Assembly (NCBI RefSeq): GCF_016433145.1
Contig: NC_058136.1
Location: forward strand, 32,685,252-32,749,251
Origin: Gracilinanus agilis
Lineage: Eukaryota
Reading direction: 5' to 3'
Length of the DNA stretch: 64,000 nucleotides
Shown: in pieces, positions 23,744 through 37,000 of the stretch
Position numbering within the stretch: the first letter of the stretch is position 1
Layout: each line of letters opens with the position of its first letter
Notes under the pieces: generated by a model
Database searches by the model: none
Told to the model about the DNA's origin: nothing
Seen by the model: the letters and a program-made list of their open reading frames with translations, nothing else
Made by a program: the position numbers and the translations under genes

Positions 23744-26700
23744 GATTAGATGATCTCTAACATGCCTTCCAGGTCCAATTCTATGACCCTAATGTAGAGT
23801 CCTATCCTGGGTCCTGAGGGATATGGTCCTGAATAAGGGATATAGAATAGTGTCCCTCTATTCATGAAGCTTACCATCTATCTATGTCCTTTCTCTTTGT
23901 CAAAACCCAACTCAAGACACATCCCAACTAGATGAGATTCTCCCTGAGAGTCAGGACCTTGTCACTGCTATAAGACTAAGAGCTGATGTCAGCAGGGACT
24001 CCTTCTGTGTCTCTCCCAGTATGCAGTGTAGGGCTCAACACACAAAAGCCACCAAATAACTTCTCTTGCCTTACTAGTTCACTGAAAATATCTATTTCAC
24101 TTCTCTCCCTGAAAAAAATTCATTTAGGTTCCCATTTATCCAAAGGCACCAAGTGGTTCTCTGCACCAGAACTCTGTTTTGTTTCTATGCACATGATCCC
24201 AAAGTCCTCAGTTGCCCTGTGGTGACTTAGAATTACAGGCTCTCCAAGTGGGAAGAAACTTCATTGACCATCTAGTCCAATCGCCCCCCTCCCCAACAAG
24301 AATCTCGTCTACAGCGGCCCCCGAGGGTCTTAAATCAAGCTTTTGTTTTGGTACTTCCAAGGAGAGGAATCCATTGCCTCCCACTCTACTTTAAGAAAGC
24401 TCTACGTGTTAGGTACATTTTTCCAGCAAAAAGCCTAAATTTTCCTAGATTTGCAACTTCCATCCATTGGTTTTGGTTTGGCCCTCTGGAGCCCTTTCAA
24501 CTACTTGAAAGAGCTATTGTGCCCTGGACCTCTTTAATGAGCCATTCTAGAAATTTTTTCAGGAACTGAATTCAGGTTCAATGGCCCATAGTTGACTGAT
24601 TCCATCGCCTTCCCCTTTTTTCGAAAATCAAAATGACATTCGCCCTTTTCCAGCCTCCTACATCACAATCCCCAAGTTCCCCTAACTCAAGGTAGTTCCC
24701 CTGGGAGGTGACTAGGTAATCCGTAGATCTTCATTCCCTAAAAACCACAGCTCACAAATCCCACACGTGCGTCAGCCAAATACCAGCCATTAGTAAGAGG
24801 AAGCAAAGGTGTTTCATGGAATAGCGTTTTAAGAAAAGTAACAGAGCAATTGCTCCATAAAACTGAGACAAACTGCCACAAATGCATATGGCATCAGTGG
24901 CAAGAAAGGACATACATGTGGCCAGGGCGTGTGTGTGTGTGTGCGTGCGTGTGTGCATGCGTGTACTTGGATCAGGACACCCCTGAGATGACTGATTTCC
25001 CCCCAACCTGACTGATACAAACCCAGAGAGCCCAAGTAACAGATGGTGAGGAGTCTGAGCTTTAAGAGGAAAGGCATAGGACTGGAGCTGACATTTCACT
25101 GGGAACTCTAGGGTGGCAAAACTCCCTCTACCAATGCAAGCTCTGCCCCTTCTTGTGGCTTGTGTAGGCCAGTGGCCCGGGTCTTCTTGGAGGCTGGCTC
25201 TTCGATCTCTGCGCCACAGCCGACTCCTAGAGTCTGAAGCAAATTGTAAAGAAGGGTTTGTACCCAAAGGCTTTCAACAAAGGGGAAAGAAGAGTTTTCA
25301 CTGCAAAGAGAACAAGTTCTGTTTCAGATTTCTCTCTATTTTCCCCAGATCAACCTCTGGTCTCCGCCACTGGTCCAGAATCTTCCACACAGCTGATGGT
25401 GCTTCCTTGATCTCATTCTGCTTGAGTTCTTCTCTTTCTTCCTGTTCCCACAGAAGCTGGAAGTTCTCAACAGCCCAGCCTCCTCTCAGATAAGGAGACT
25501 GAGCCTTGGAGAGCTAGAGCACCCAATTAGCTAGTGCCAGAACCATGACACGAAGCTCAGAGGCGCCACGATGCCTTTGGCCTGGTTGCTTGTTCCACCA
25601 GCCCAGACTAGAGAGTTTTACGGACGAATTCATATTTTCCAACATCCTTCTGCTTTTGGCCTGCCTTCTAGTAGTAGTAAGCTCCTTAGAACTTGCTTGG
25701 ACATCTCTTAGAGGACAGTCCCATAGTCCATCTCCAGGCTTAGACTCAAAGCTTGGGATGACCTGCCAGAGCCTGGGTTTTGTTGTTCTCGCCTTTGAGA
25801 TTCCAGGGTCACCTTCATGTCATGTGGAAACCCCAGAGAAAAGGCTACCACTTCATCCCAGTTGAGTGACTTACTAGAGCGTATCTACACCTTCCCAAAT
25901 ATTGTGAGCACTGCTGAAGGGCTCAGAGTGGAGGAGTTGGGAGGGGAAAGGGGGCAACAAAAGTATGAAGCTTTGGGAATTTTCGAATGAGGCACGAGAC
26001 AACCAGGTTGGTAACTACTACCAGCTGATTTGTGTGAATTGAGCCAATAAGTAGGATTTCTGGACCACAGAATTGGTTTTTGACTTTCTTAGCTAATCAC
26101 CTTAGTTGCTGCGTGGTCGGTTACTTTTGTCTTAAGCCATATCCTGGGACATTGGATGATTCCTAAAGTTTTATCGTTTGTTCCTTCCATCCCCTGATCA
26201 GTCATACACTGGTACACATGGTCTAAAGAGCTGGGAAGGGTACAGATATATCCTAAAGCGAGACAAATCGAGAGAAGAGAGGAGAGGAGATGGCAGAGCA
26301 GGGGAGCAGGGTGGTGGTCCCCAATTCAAACCCATTAGTCACTCAGCCTTCTTGTGTGTCCTGAGCAAGTGGTAGCATGCTGGGGATGGATGCCCTGCTG
26401 TCTGCTCCTAAAGTGCACTCAGCAGGAAAGGTCACCCAGGAAATGTTAACTTTGCAGGCATGGCTCACTCAGCTTGGGCTCCTGATTGTGAAGTCCAATA
26501 ACAAGCTACGTTTCATTTAATCCCAGCCACTCCAAAGCCCCCAGCATGACTTAGAGAGAGGTGATCATCTCTGCGCTTCCTCGTGTCACTCCTCAGGCCA
26601 TTCAACCAAGAGTTACTACTGGGGAGATTTGTTTCCTTCGTGGTTTCTGAAGACAGGGGCTGTGTTTTATGGTTGCGTTGAAGGGTTTTTCCTCTCCAGC

Positions 26701-27129
26701 AGTCATATTTCAGGCCAAAAGATAGTTGACATCTATATAGTACTTTTCTAGGTGCAACAAGTTTTACATCCAATGTATTGTGGAGTCCTCAGAATAACTC
26801 TATGAAATAGGGAGTGCAAGGATTTTCATGAAGGGGGAAACTGAGACTTTGGTAATGTGCCCACATTCACCTCAGGGCAGGGGAGCTCATGCTTAATTAT
26901 GCCAGGACGGACCTTTTCATTGAATCTCCACTGCTCTTTTCCTTTCTCTGTATAGGGAGCAGGTTGTTCATTCATGCAGTCATTTATCACCTTGACTTCC
27001 TGACCATATGGACAGATTTGGGGCTAAGGAATGGCATCTTATTGCTCTGGGGAAGGGTTATGCTGCATTTAGCTAAGATCTGACAGATGCAGAAGGTCAG
27101 GGACAACACTTATGACCTCAATTGTCAAT

Positions 27130-27660
27130 ATATTGATGCACAGAATAGGGTAATAAAGTTAATTTGAGATTTTGACAAAAGAAGATAAATACGATCTCAT
27201 AGGTATCGCTGAGTCATAGTGAGAAGGGAATCATGCCTCGAATATAGCAATTGAAGAGAAGATACTTATTCAAAATAAATACATTTAGTAGGAGGGGGAG
27301 AGTAGTAAGGAAGTTGTATCTTATACAGAAATAAACTTTGGCATAGCCTTTGAGAGAAAAACATGGAAGAAAAATCATTGCAAAGAGCATTTGCAGAAAG
27401 ATAAAAGAAAAAAATGATATTATTTCTGGAATACACTACAGACCACTTGGCCAGGTGGAAGATATAACTGATGCTTTCCTAATATAGATCCCAAAACTGA
27501 CCAAGAAAAGTTATGATGGTGACATGGAGCTTCTACTTACTATTTAAATACCTGTGAAAAATTATACTTCTCTCTTAAAATTCTCCAGAAGGCAAGTTGA
27601 AAATTTCTCTCCTAAAAGTTAGAGGCGAGTAAGAGAACTGCTTTTTTAAGACTTGATTCC
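27130..27660 (+). mobile_element. L3/CR1 ORF2 endonuclease-region fragment
   Basis: aaatacgatctcataggtatcgctgag translates KYDLIGIAE, matching the CR1 APE motif YDLIGITETWW; downstream sequence is heavily decayed. Confidence 0.65.
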
Positions 27661-28194
27661 AACTTACAATGTCAGGAACCTTCCATTCAAATCAATAAAT
27701 GCTTATCAATTATATACTATGTGCCAGGTAGTGTTCTAGGCACTGGGGTGGGGGTGGGGGTACAAAGATAAAAATTAAACAGTCCTTGCCCTCGAGGAAC
27801 TAACGATTTACTGGAATCATTGTATTTGAGAAAGTAGTAGTGGAATTCAGATATGGCATGAACATAAATTTAATATGAGGAAGGAAGAGAAATTTAGAAA
27901 CACGTGAAGAAAAAATAGTTTCTTTTGTGTGCAGCAAGGAAGGCTATACAGAGAAGATGCTATTAGGGCTAGATGGTATTTAGAGAGTGCTTTAAGGTTA
28001 AGCCTTTTACATGTGTGAAATGATGTGATCTTCACAACAACTCCACAGGTTGGGGACTTTTATTATCCCTATATCACAGATAAGGAAACTGAGGCTGAGA
28101 GAGGTTAAGTGACTTGTTCAGGGTCACATAATCAAAGTCTGAGGCAGGATTTGAACTCAGGTACTCCTGACTCCAAATCCACTATTTTATCTAC

Positions 28195-28520
28195 TGAATT
28201 TCATCTGAGCTGAGCCTTCAAGAAAGTTAATGATTCTAAAATATTGAGATGAGGAGAGCACGTTTGGGAGAGAGCCTTGTGGGTGCAGAGATGTGGAAGA
28301 TAGCAGAGCTGGTCTGAGGAAGAGCCAGATTTTTTTATTTTGACAAGATTTGAGAGGGCCTTGAATGTCCTATCTTTCATCAAAGAGGCAGTAGGGACCA
28401 AATGAGGATTTTGGAACAAGAGAATGAAATGGTCAGACCTGTGCCTCAGGGTGATGTGTGGACTGTAGAAGGAAGAGACTGAGGTAAAGAGATTAGTTCT
28501 TGCAGTAACATGCCCAGGCA
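28195..28520 (-). mobile_element. L2 LINE fragment
   Basis: ggcagtagggaccaaatgaggattttggaacaagagaatgaaatggtcagacctgtgcctcaggg is a typical reverse L2 motif. Confidence 0.65.
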
Positions 28521-28589
28521 CATGGTGGTGATGGCTTAAACGATGGTGTTGGCTGTAGGAAGGTACCGAAGGAGAGCTGGAGGTAATAG

Positions 28590-29065
28590 GGCACTAGCCT
28601 GGAGTCAGGAAGACCTGTGTTCGAGTTTAGCCTCACTCACTAGCTGTATGACCCTGGCCAAGTTCATTAATGTTATTATTATTATAATTATTATTTATAT
28701 ATAATTAATGCGATAATTATTATAATTAACTATAAGGTGAGGATAATAATAATAATAATAATAATAACAACAACAGCACCCATCTTTCGGGTTTTCATGA
28801 GGATCAGATGAGATAATATTGGTAAATTGCTTAGCACAGGGCCTGGCACATTAATAGGCGCACTATAAACGCTTATTCCCTTCCCCTTAATAGCTGCGTG
28901 ATTCTGGACAAGTCACTTAATCTTTCTCTGCCTCGGTTTCCTCCATTAAATGGGTGTCATAATAGCACCTACCTCCCAGGGTTGTTGTGGGGATCAAATG
29001 GGATCATATTTATAAAATGCTTAGCGCAGGGCCTGGCACATAGTAGGTGCCATGTAAATGTTAGC
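28590..29065 (+). mobile_element. Two adjacent MIR copies, the first with an AT-rich/(ATA)n expansion
   Basis: Two MIR tails (gaggatca..tgagataatatt..taaa..gcttagc.cagggcctggcaca) at ~28800-28860 and ~28985-29050; low-complexity AT tract ~28670-28770. Confidence 0.8.
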
Positions 29066-29977
29066 CACTATTAGTATCATCATTTCTGACAGAACAAGGC
29101 AGCTAACTAGATGTTTCAACTTTGGGGGGAAAGTGAGCAGGTCAGCTTGGAGCAAGGGCTCTTCTTCGCTTGGGGATCACTCGTTACTCCATCCTGGGAA
29201 GGGAAACTCACTACCTCCTTGCGCATACCATTTCCACTTTGGGATAGTTATAATTCCTGCGCATCGAGCCCAAATCCATGTGGCTCTGTGTCCCTCAGCC
29301 CTTTGGCTCCACTTCCGGCCTCTGGAGCCAAGCAGATGTGACAGCCCTTCCCAGGCTAGGTCCACACTAGGCGCCAGGCTCTTCCCACTAGCTCCATTCA
29401 CAGGCTGGTCCTGGCGGCTGAGAGGGGGTTGGGTGTGGCATAAGTAACTGGCTCAGGCCGAGGGCATCCCCGGTCCCTGGGGGCTGGCAGTAGTCCGGGG
29501 GATCTTCTCCCCAGCTTCAGGAGACTCTCTTGCCTCTGACGGTGTGTGCACGCGCACATGCATGAGTTGGTGTGTGCAGGCACAGCTTTTTACCTCAGTC
29601 TGATTCACAGAAGGGAAATTCAGATGCAAATTTGTCTCCATAATGCAGGGACAACCCACTCGGGACACAGTTTGCTCCCTGGGACCAGCGAGAAGACCAC
29701 ATTTCCTGCCTCTCTTCATGTTTCATGACGATCTGAGAAAACAGTGGAGTCTTTTGTGCTGTCAACAGCTTAGCTGAGCTTGGGAGAAAGGGATGGAGAA
29801 AGGAGGCTGTCGGGGAGGGCAGGATGGATAGAAGAGATGCATGCTGGGAAGTCAGACACCTATTCTTAGGTGCAGGGGAGCCTTCCCAACGTCTTTCTCA
29901 TTGAAGGACAGCTCTGTTGAGTTGGAGACCATTCTTGGACCCCAGACTTCTATTTCTCCCTTGTCTTCCCTTGTGTC

Positions 29978-30170
29978 TTTTTTAAACTCTCACCTTCTGT
30001 CTTAGAATCAATCCTGTGTATTGGTTCCAAGGCACAAGAATGGCAAGGACTAGGCAATGGGGGTGAAGTGACTTGCCCAGGGTCACACAGCTGGGAAGTG
30101 CCTGAGGCCAGAGTTGAACCTCCCATCTCTGGGCCCGACTCTCGATCCACTGAGCCACCCAGCTGCCCCC
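29978..30170 (-). mobile_element. SINE1_Mdo-type SINE
   Basis: Reverse head, CORE and tail; short flanking repeat gtgtctt. Confidence 0.9.
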
Positions 30171-33100
30171 TCCCGTGTGTCTTAATAGTAGATCACCAGC
30201 TGTCTTTGTCTCCTAGGTAGAGAGGAGGGTCCCAGGTTCAGGTGACGGGGCCCCTGGAGTCTGGTACCTTAAGTTTGCAGGTCTCCTACTGGTTCCAAAG
30301 CACTGTTAGCTACATGATCTCATGTGATCCTCACAGCATCCTTAGGAGATTGGCAGAGTCCAGATTCTTCTTCCCATATTCTAGCTGAGAAAAGAGTCTC
30401 AGGAATGGGAAGTGACTGGTTCCCCGGCACCTGGCTAGTAAGTAGACAAGCTAAGACCAGAGCCCAGGCCTTCTGACTCTTAAGTATACTCCAACTGCCT
30501 TCCCATTCCATCTCTGGTGCAGTGGGAGGCAGAGGGCCTGATTCAAAGGGATGAGGACGTGCCATGGGTACCAGTGCGCTTAGACAATGTGAGCCTCAGG
30601 CTCACAGAGGTCCGGATCTAAGAGTTTTGAAGGAAAGGAGAGTTTTCTCTGTATCCTCAGTGCCTGGCACATAGTAGGGGCTTAATGCTTGCTTACTGAA
30701 TGAAGAAATTAATAAGGAAACCTCAGGTTGTATTTGGGCAGCCACATGGTCCCTGATATGAGCCTGGGGGAGGGGAATCAGTGTCACTTAGCCCTTAAAG
30801 TGGCCAGGATCCAAGACTTTCCTTAAGGCCCAGGGCTGACCATTCAGCAAACTCCACTGGCTCCTTATTTTCTCCGGGATCAGATCCCCTAATTGGCTTT
30901 GAAATCCCTTTACGACTTGGTGTATTCCCACCTTTCTAGCTCTGGAGGCCTTCTTACCCCGGAACATTCCTCCAGTGTGCACCCGCCTTGTCTCACTGCT
31001 AAGTTCCTCCCAGAACCTCCATCTGAGGTAGGGTCCAGACTAGCTCTCCTGGCTCTGCTTCCGTCTCTCTGCACTTTGCCTCTGTGTCTCCGGTGCCGCC
31101 CACCCCACACCCCCAACACACACAGAGTCCCAGTTTGTGCTGAGAATCAGAATGCCAAGTTATGTCTTAGCCATCTAGACCAGAGACACCTTAGCAATAC
31201 TCTCCAGAGGGAACTGGGGTCAGGCCCTTCTGGTTCCACCTCTTCTTCCGACCCCTCTGTAAAGAGACCTAGAAGGAACCCAAGGACATTGGGAGCTTCC
31301 CCATGAACCTGCCTTTGCCTGGATCACCCTTGGCCCCGAGCATGGAGCTATCTCCTGGTCTTTAGGGACAATCAACTCTCAGAGGCCTGCTTGTGGCATA
31401 ATTTGGAAAATTCCAATTTGGGCTCATCAAGCTGTGAAGAAATTGATTGCCGCTTCCACCTTCCAAGGAACCAGGGAGTTGGGAGTTTGCATTCCAGCTC
31501 TGGCACTCCTTGCATCATTGTCCGCCGACCTCAGCTACTCACAGAATCCCTCATTTCAACGACCAATTGTCAGGGAGAACAAGGGCATGTCTACTCATCC
31601 TTGGCCGCCCTGACCGGACTCCCACCACTCCTCCCTCCCTTGAGGTCACCACTAATTATTCTCGGCAAGGGGTCCAGCTTCTAGGGGGCTGGTGATTACA
31701 GGGTTGGCCAACTCACCACCTGGCTACTTTCTCTTAGCTAGCTCTGCTGGCTCTCCTTGGTTTGCTTCCCTGTGAAAGTCGCTGGAGAGTCCACGGCGAC
31801 TCCTAGCCCCCTACTAAGGGGTCTCAAAGAACAGTTAGCCCACCAAATTCCTGGATCAACTTTGGAATTATGGGCTTCATGCCCACCCCACCCCATGCAG
31901 GAATTCCTTCTACAGCAACCTGGACAAGGGGCCTCTTAGACCTTGCTTGAACATCTCTCATGCTGGGGAGCTTCACTCCTGAGCAGCTCTTTGCATCAGT
32001 ATGCTTTTCCTTCTGCTGAGCCTCAGTCTACCTCTATGGACCTTCCGTTCATTGGTTCTACTTCTGCCTTCAGAAGCAGCATGGAATGCATTTGTCCTTC
32101 CAACAAACTTTCATTGGGTATTGGATAGATGCAAAGCATTGTGTTCCAGACCGGTAAGGCCAGGAAACACGCGTGATTAAGCCTCAAGTCTTACTGTCAA
32201 GGAACTTGGAGACTAGTTGAAGAGTGTTCTAGATAATCATAAATATGTAGATAGCAAAGTGTGTTACGTTGGTGATTCCATTTGATAAGGAGATCAGACA
32301 TGGATACAAGGTAAGAATCAGGCAAGACACAAAATCACTATGAGAGTTCCAAAGATGGCGGAGGATGGCATGGGGTGGGGTGGGCATGAAGAGAAAGAGG
32401 GGAGGGGAGGGGGAGTGTGGGTGTGAAGGAGGCTTCTTGAAGGAACCTATGAGGCCAGAAGGTATTTCAACAAGTAGAGATAGGTGGCAATTCTGGGCGC
32501 ATTGACCAATGGTTCTACAAATGGTCCTTAGGTACGCTCCCCTTCACTTAGGCTTGGCTGTGCCTCTCCCTGGTCCCCCTGATTCCCATGCTCCCATCCT
32601 CCTGTTCTCTGCTTTGCTCATCACGCCCAAGCTGAAGATAAGATGTTGGCCATTCTAAGAGGCTGACTTCAGTGTGAAGAAGAGTTAGGACTGCCTTTCT
32701 TTATTCGTTGATTGAGTTGACTAGTGTGAGTTTTCCGGAAACTTCACTGTTGCTCCGTAGCATGAGATAAGGAATTTGATAAAGGATCATTTTGAGGCCA
32801 GGTGTGAAGGCGGCTAGAGGAAAATTCCCAGCGTCACTGTCCTGAACTCCCAAAGTGCAGTGAAGAGAGTGATGCATTTGGAGTCAGGAAGATATGATCC
32901 GCATTCCTCAGGGGGTCCCCACATGGCTGTAGATTGGCATGTCTGCATCCCAGTTTCCTCCTCCTTGAGTACCTCAGTTATAGATTTGTTGTAAGAATTG
33001 GCATGTTTCCAAACTGTCACGTGCTCTTACTATTGTCATGACCATCACCATCACAGTAATATCCCTTCCTCTCTTGTTTGAGACTCAGAGTCACAGAATG

Positions 33101-33589
33101 GCAGAGTTGGAAAAGATTTCATCTAGTCCTACTAAATGTGTGTGGGTAAGAATCCCTCTCCACCACTACCAATACATGGTCAACTGACGTGGAGCTCAGT
33201 GCATTCTGGGACCCTTTTCCTGATTGTCTGGCCTTTTTGCCCATTTCCACCTACTACCCTCAGGGGCCAAAAGGAAACAAGTCTGATTCCTCCACACACT
33301 AGCCCTGTCTGCAATGGCTCTGGGGTGCCCCTTGAGTCTGCTCTTCTCTAGGCCAAATGTCCTCAGTTCCCTGAATAGACCATCATCCACCACATGGAAT
33401 GAGGACTTGTGGCCTTTCACCATGAACGCAGCACTCCAGATAAGGTCTGACTCAGATGCTTCTGAGGTGAGGAGGGTAGTTCCTGGGATGTTGGCCATCA
33501 TTGCTGTATTCCTGTTTGTGTTACCCACCTCCTCCTCTCTCTGATCCAGCCCATTCTGGCCCTCTCTCTGTGGCCATCCCACTTACCCA

Positions 33590-34060
33590 CCCAGCCTCTA
33601 ACCTAATTCAGGATGTCAGCACCTCTTGACATGACTAGTGAAATCCCTGTTTCCGACAACTTGTCTCTTCCACAAATTCTCTCCAGAACTGCCAAGATCA
33701 TCTTCATAAATATCAGGGCTGACCATGCACCTCTCCTCCTCCAAAGCTCTCTGTGGCCCTCTCTTGCCTCTAGGATGGAATACCAACAGCTCAGCCTGGC
33801 ATGGAAGCTACCCTCTGCAGCTCTGTCATCACTCACTGACCTTCTGGACTTATTTCAGGCTACTCTCCTGCATGCACTCAATGTTCTAGGCCAGTTGGCT
33901 TGCTAGCTGTTCCCTGACCTGAGTATATGATCTCTCAGCTCTGTGCCTTTGTGTAGGTTGTCCTTTGTGCCTCTTCCCCTCTGCCCCCTAGAAGGCCGAC
34001 CTCCCCTCCAAGTTCCTTATATTTACATTATTCAGCCTCCTCCATTGGCCAGCCATCTAG
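33590..34060 (+). mobile_element. L2 LINE 3' fragment
   Basis: gccaagatcatcttcataaatatcagggctgaccatgcacctctcctcctccaaagctctctgtggccctctcttgcctctagg is a classic L2 3' region. Confidence 0.75.
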
Positions 34061-37000
34061 GGTATTACTTCCTATGGGAAGACTCTCCTTAACCTTTCAG
34101 TATGTTCTTCCTCCCCAAATTAGGTGGAGACACTCGCTAAAAGTCAAACAGGATAGGTAAATATGAGATTTGAATCCAGCCCCTGTGATTGCAAAGCCAG
34201 CCCTTCATAAAAGCAGTTGCCTCATTCCGTCTTGCCTGTTGTCAGCCGATACCTCCTTCCCTTCATGCCTCATTCCTCTTGTACCGGACTATTGCCCTAA
34301 GACTGGGTAACCCACTAGGAGAAGAAACCCTACCTGGGAGGGCTCTTGACCTCATAAGTCCTGTGATATGAGCAACCCAGACAGTGAGCCCCCCAGTATG
34401 CTTCTTATGCCCACATATTCACATATTTGCACAAATGGACACACGTCCAACTGTGCCTCCCCCAAGCCTGATCTGGCTCAGCCCAGGGGGTCGGGCCAAG
34501 TCCCCATCTCTAGGTTACAAAGGCCTGCTGCTGCCATATTTAAGGTTAGAATAAGCTATCCTCTCACTCTCCCTGGATCTCACCTTTTTCATTATCATTC
34601 ACTTTTGTACTTCCATTTGGGAACACTGAATGAGGTCCTTGAATAAGGCCATACTATTGGTCAGCCCAACTTTGGGCGAAGGGAACCATTGTGATCATAG
34701 AATGGCAGATTGTACAAAGAATGGGCCATCAGTGACAGATAGCGATAAGTGGAATCCATTCTGAGACGGGGGAAAGCCCTTTGGACTGGTAATAGCATTC
34801 GTATTATATACCCAGGGACCAGGAAAGGGATGCTTGGCAAAGTTTCTAAAGCAGCGTCTTGGAATGATCCCACTGTGGCATTGTGAAATCCAAGATGGTG
34901 GCCCAAGGCAAAGGGCCCTGGGAGGTTCAGTAAAATTTCAGGTCAATGTCAGGTGAACATCTGGTCACTAGAGCTACTCTCAGTAGGCTGAGGCCTAGAG
35001 GGGTGGGGTGGAGGTGTCCATCACGTCTGCTGCTCAAGGACTGATTTTTCTCATGGACTAGAGGTCAGTCTAGTTCCCCACCTTACCCCCAGAATCACCC
35101 AGCAGGTATCAGAGCGGGGCTATTTGGCCCCCAGCTTTGCCTGACTCCAAGAGCCAGCCCTCTTTCCAGGATGCCATGTACAGAGAAGCAGTAAGTGGTA
35201 CCAGTACTTGGGGTCTCCTGACTGCTAGCTCAGGGCTCTCTGTATGATAACAGGCATCTTGATGTAGAAATACTCCTCTTAGGTGGTGCAAAGCATTTTC
35301 CGGGTCCAATTCTAGCATTATTAACATGGGGAGTGTGTGTAATTTCTAGCATTAAATGTGGAGATCCTCTTAAATCATCTGCCAAGTGCCTCTTGTGATA
35401 AACCCTCTTTGGCTGTAACAGAGAGCATGGAGGGGTGGGAGGTGCTGCAGGTTCAAGGGTCAAAGGCTCTGTATTCAGGCTCTGTATTCAAATCTCAGCT
35501 TTGGTACCTCCCCCCCCCCCCCCCGTGTTATTGAAAGTTTGAGGTCTCTGATCTAAATTTCCTGTGGACATTTTGGGGTCTTTGAAACTACATTTCCCAT
35601 GATCCAACTGGCTTCCTGTCTTGCATCATGACGTAAGACAGTAATGTAATAACATAGACAGAAGGATAAAAATGAAGTGCCAGGATTGGCACTCACTCTT
35701 TTTCCAGCTGAAGCAGCATGGTGGTGGAGGTAATGGTGGGTCTTTCAAACTGACTCTTAACATGGTATGTGGCTTCATTTTTCTAATGGCTCCCAATAAA
35801 TCTTTTAAGACCCTAATATTTTTAGATCTATCCTTTTCTATCCATTTTATTTCTTACACCCCTATGTTCTTAGACAAGTCTCTTCACTTTCCTGGACCTC
35901 AGTTTCCTCCTCTGTAAAACAAGGAGTTTGTAGGAGCTTTTGTAGCCTAGCCTCTTGGTGTTACAGAGGAGAAGGAGGAGGAAAATGGAAATTCAGGCCT
36001 TCTGACTCCAAATCCCAATGTACCACTGGGTGGGACATCAGAACCTCCTTCTAATTCCATATCACAGGATTGTTGATTTGGAGCTAGAAGGGGATCTTAG
36101 AGGTCATCTAGTGCAAACCTTTCATTTTTGCATGAGGGGAAACTGAGGACCAGAGTAGTTGGTACTTTGACTTGCCAGACCCAGTCCTCTTTGCATCACA
36201 TACACTATTTGTGAAGTTCAAATACCTCCAGGTTATGAGGCCTACACTGTGAACCTTGCCCCAGAGACCTGGAGAGTGTCTCCTGGTGTTCCTGCCCCAC
36301 TACTTGGAACTTATATGCAGGTTCCTTCACCTCCTTAGCCCTCAGTTCCCTCATCTGTAAAGTCAGAGCACTGGCAGCTAGGTTTCTCCAATGGAAAAAG
36401 TGCAGAAGATGTGAGTTTAGCTCCCAGCTCTTCCATTGTGTGCTTTGGGCAACTCATTTTCCCTCTCTGAAGCCCTCATTTACTCCATTTGAAAATGGGC
36501 TAGTTGGACTCAAGGGGCATCTAGGGCTCCTTCTTCTAAATCTATAAACTCTGGAGGATGAAACAATCCCTAAGCACGCTCTGTACCACATCTCCAAATG
36601 CCCCTAGCAGGGTTGTCCAAACCCAGTGTTAACACTAAGGTGCTGTGCGCAAAGAAGGGTGCTTAAACGATCATTGCACCCAGATGTAGAATCGATTTCT
36701 TTGGTGGCCCTTTGAGTTTGGAAGTGGGAAGACCAGGAGGCCCTGGAGGCTAAATGTATGAAGGGAGCCTCCAGGTGGAAGCAGGTAGTAATGATGTCTC
36801 CCAGCTGTGGCCCAGAGCAAATTGGATGGATGGATGGGTGGGTGGGAGAGGAGTCTGAAGGGAGCATGTAGTAGAGGAATAGGATCAGTTTGCTTTCCCC
36901 CTGTGGTTTGAGCCTTGTGGCTTCAAGCCCCAGACTTGGGAGAACCAATGTGTGTGGAGCTTGGCTGGGGGTGTACTTTTTCAGGCTCTTGGAGCCCCGA

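Noticed and set aside
35109-35463. Minus-strand ORFs with protein-like stretches (LDPENALHHLRGVFLHQDAC)
   Set aside because: No recognisable family, and the frames do not join into a coherent exon.
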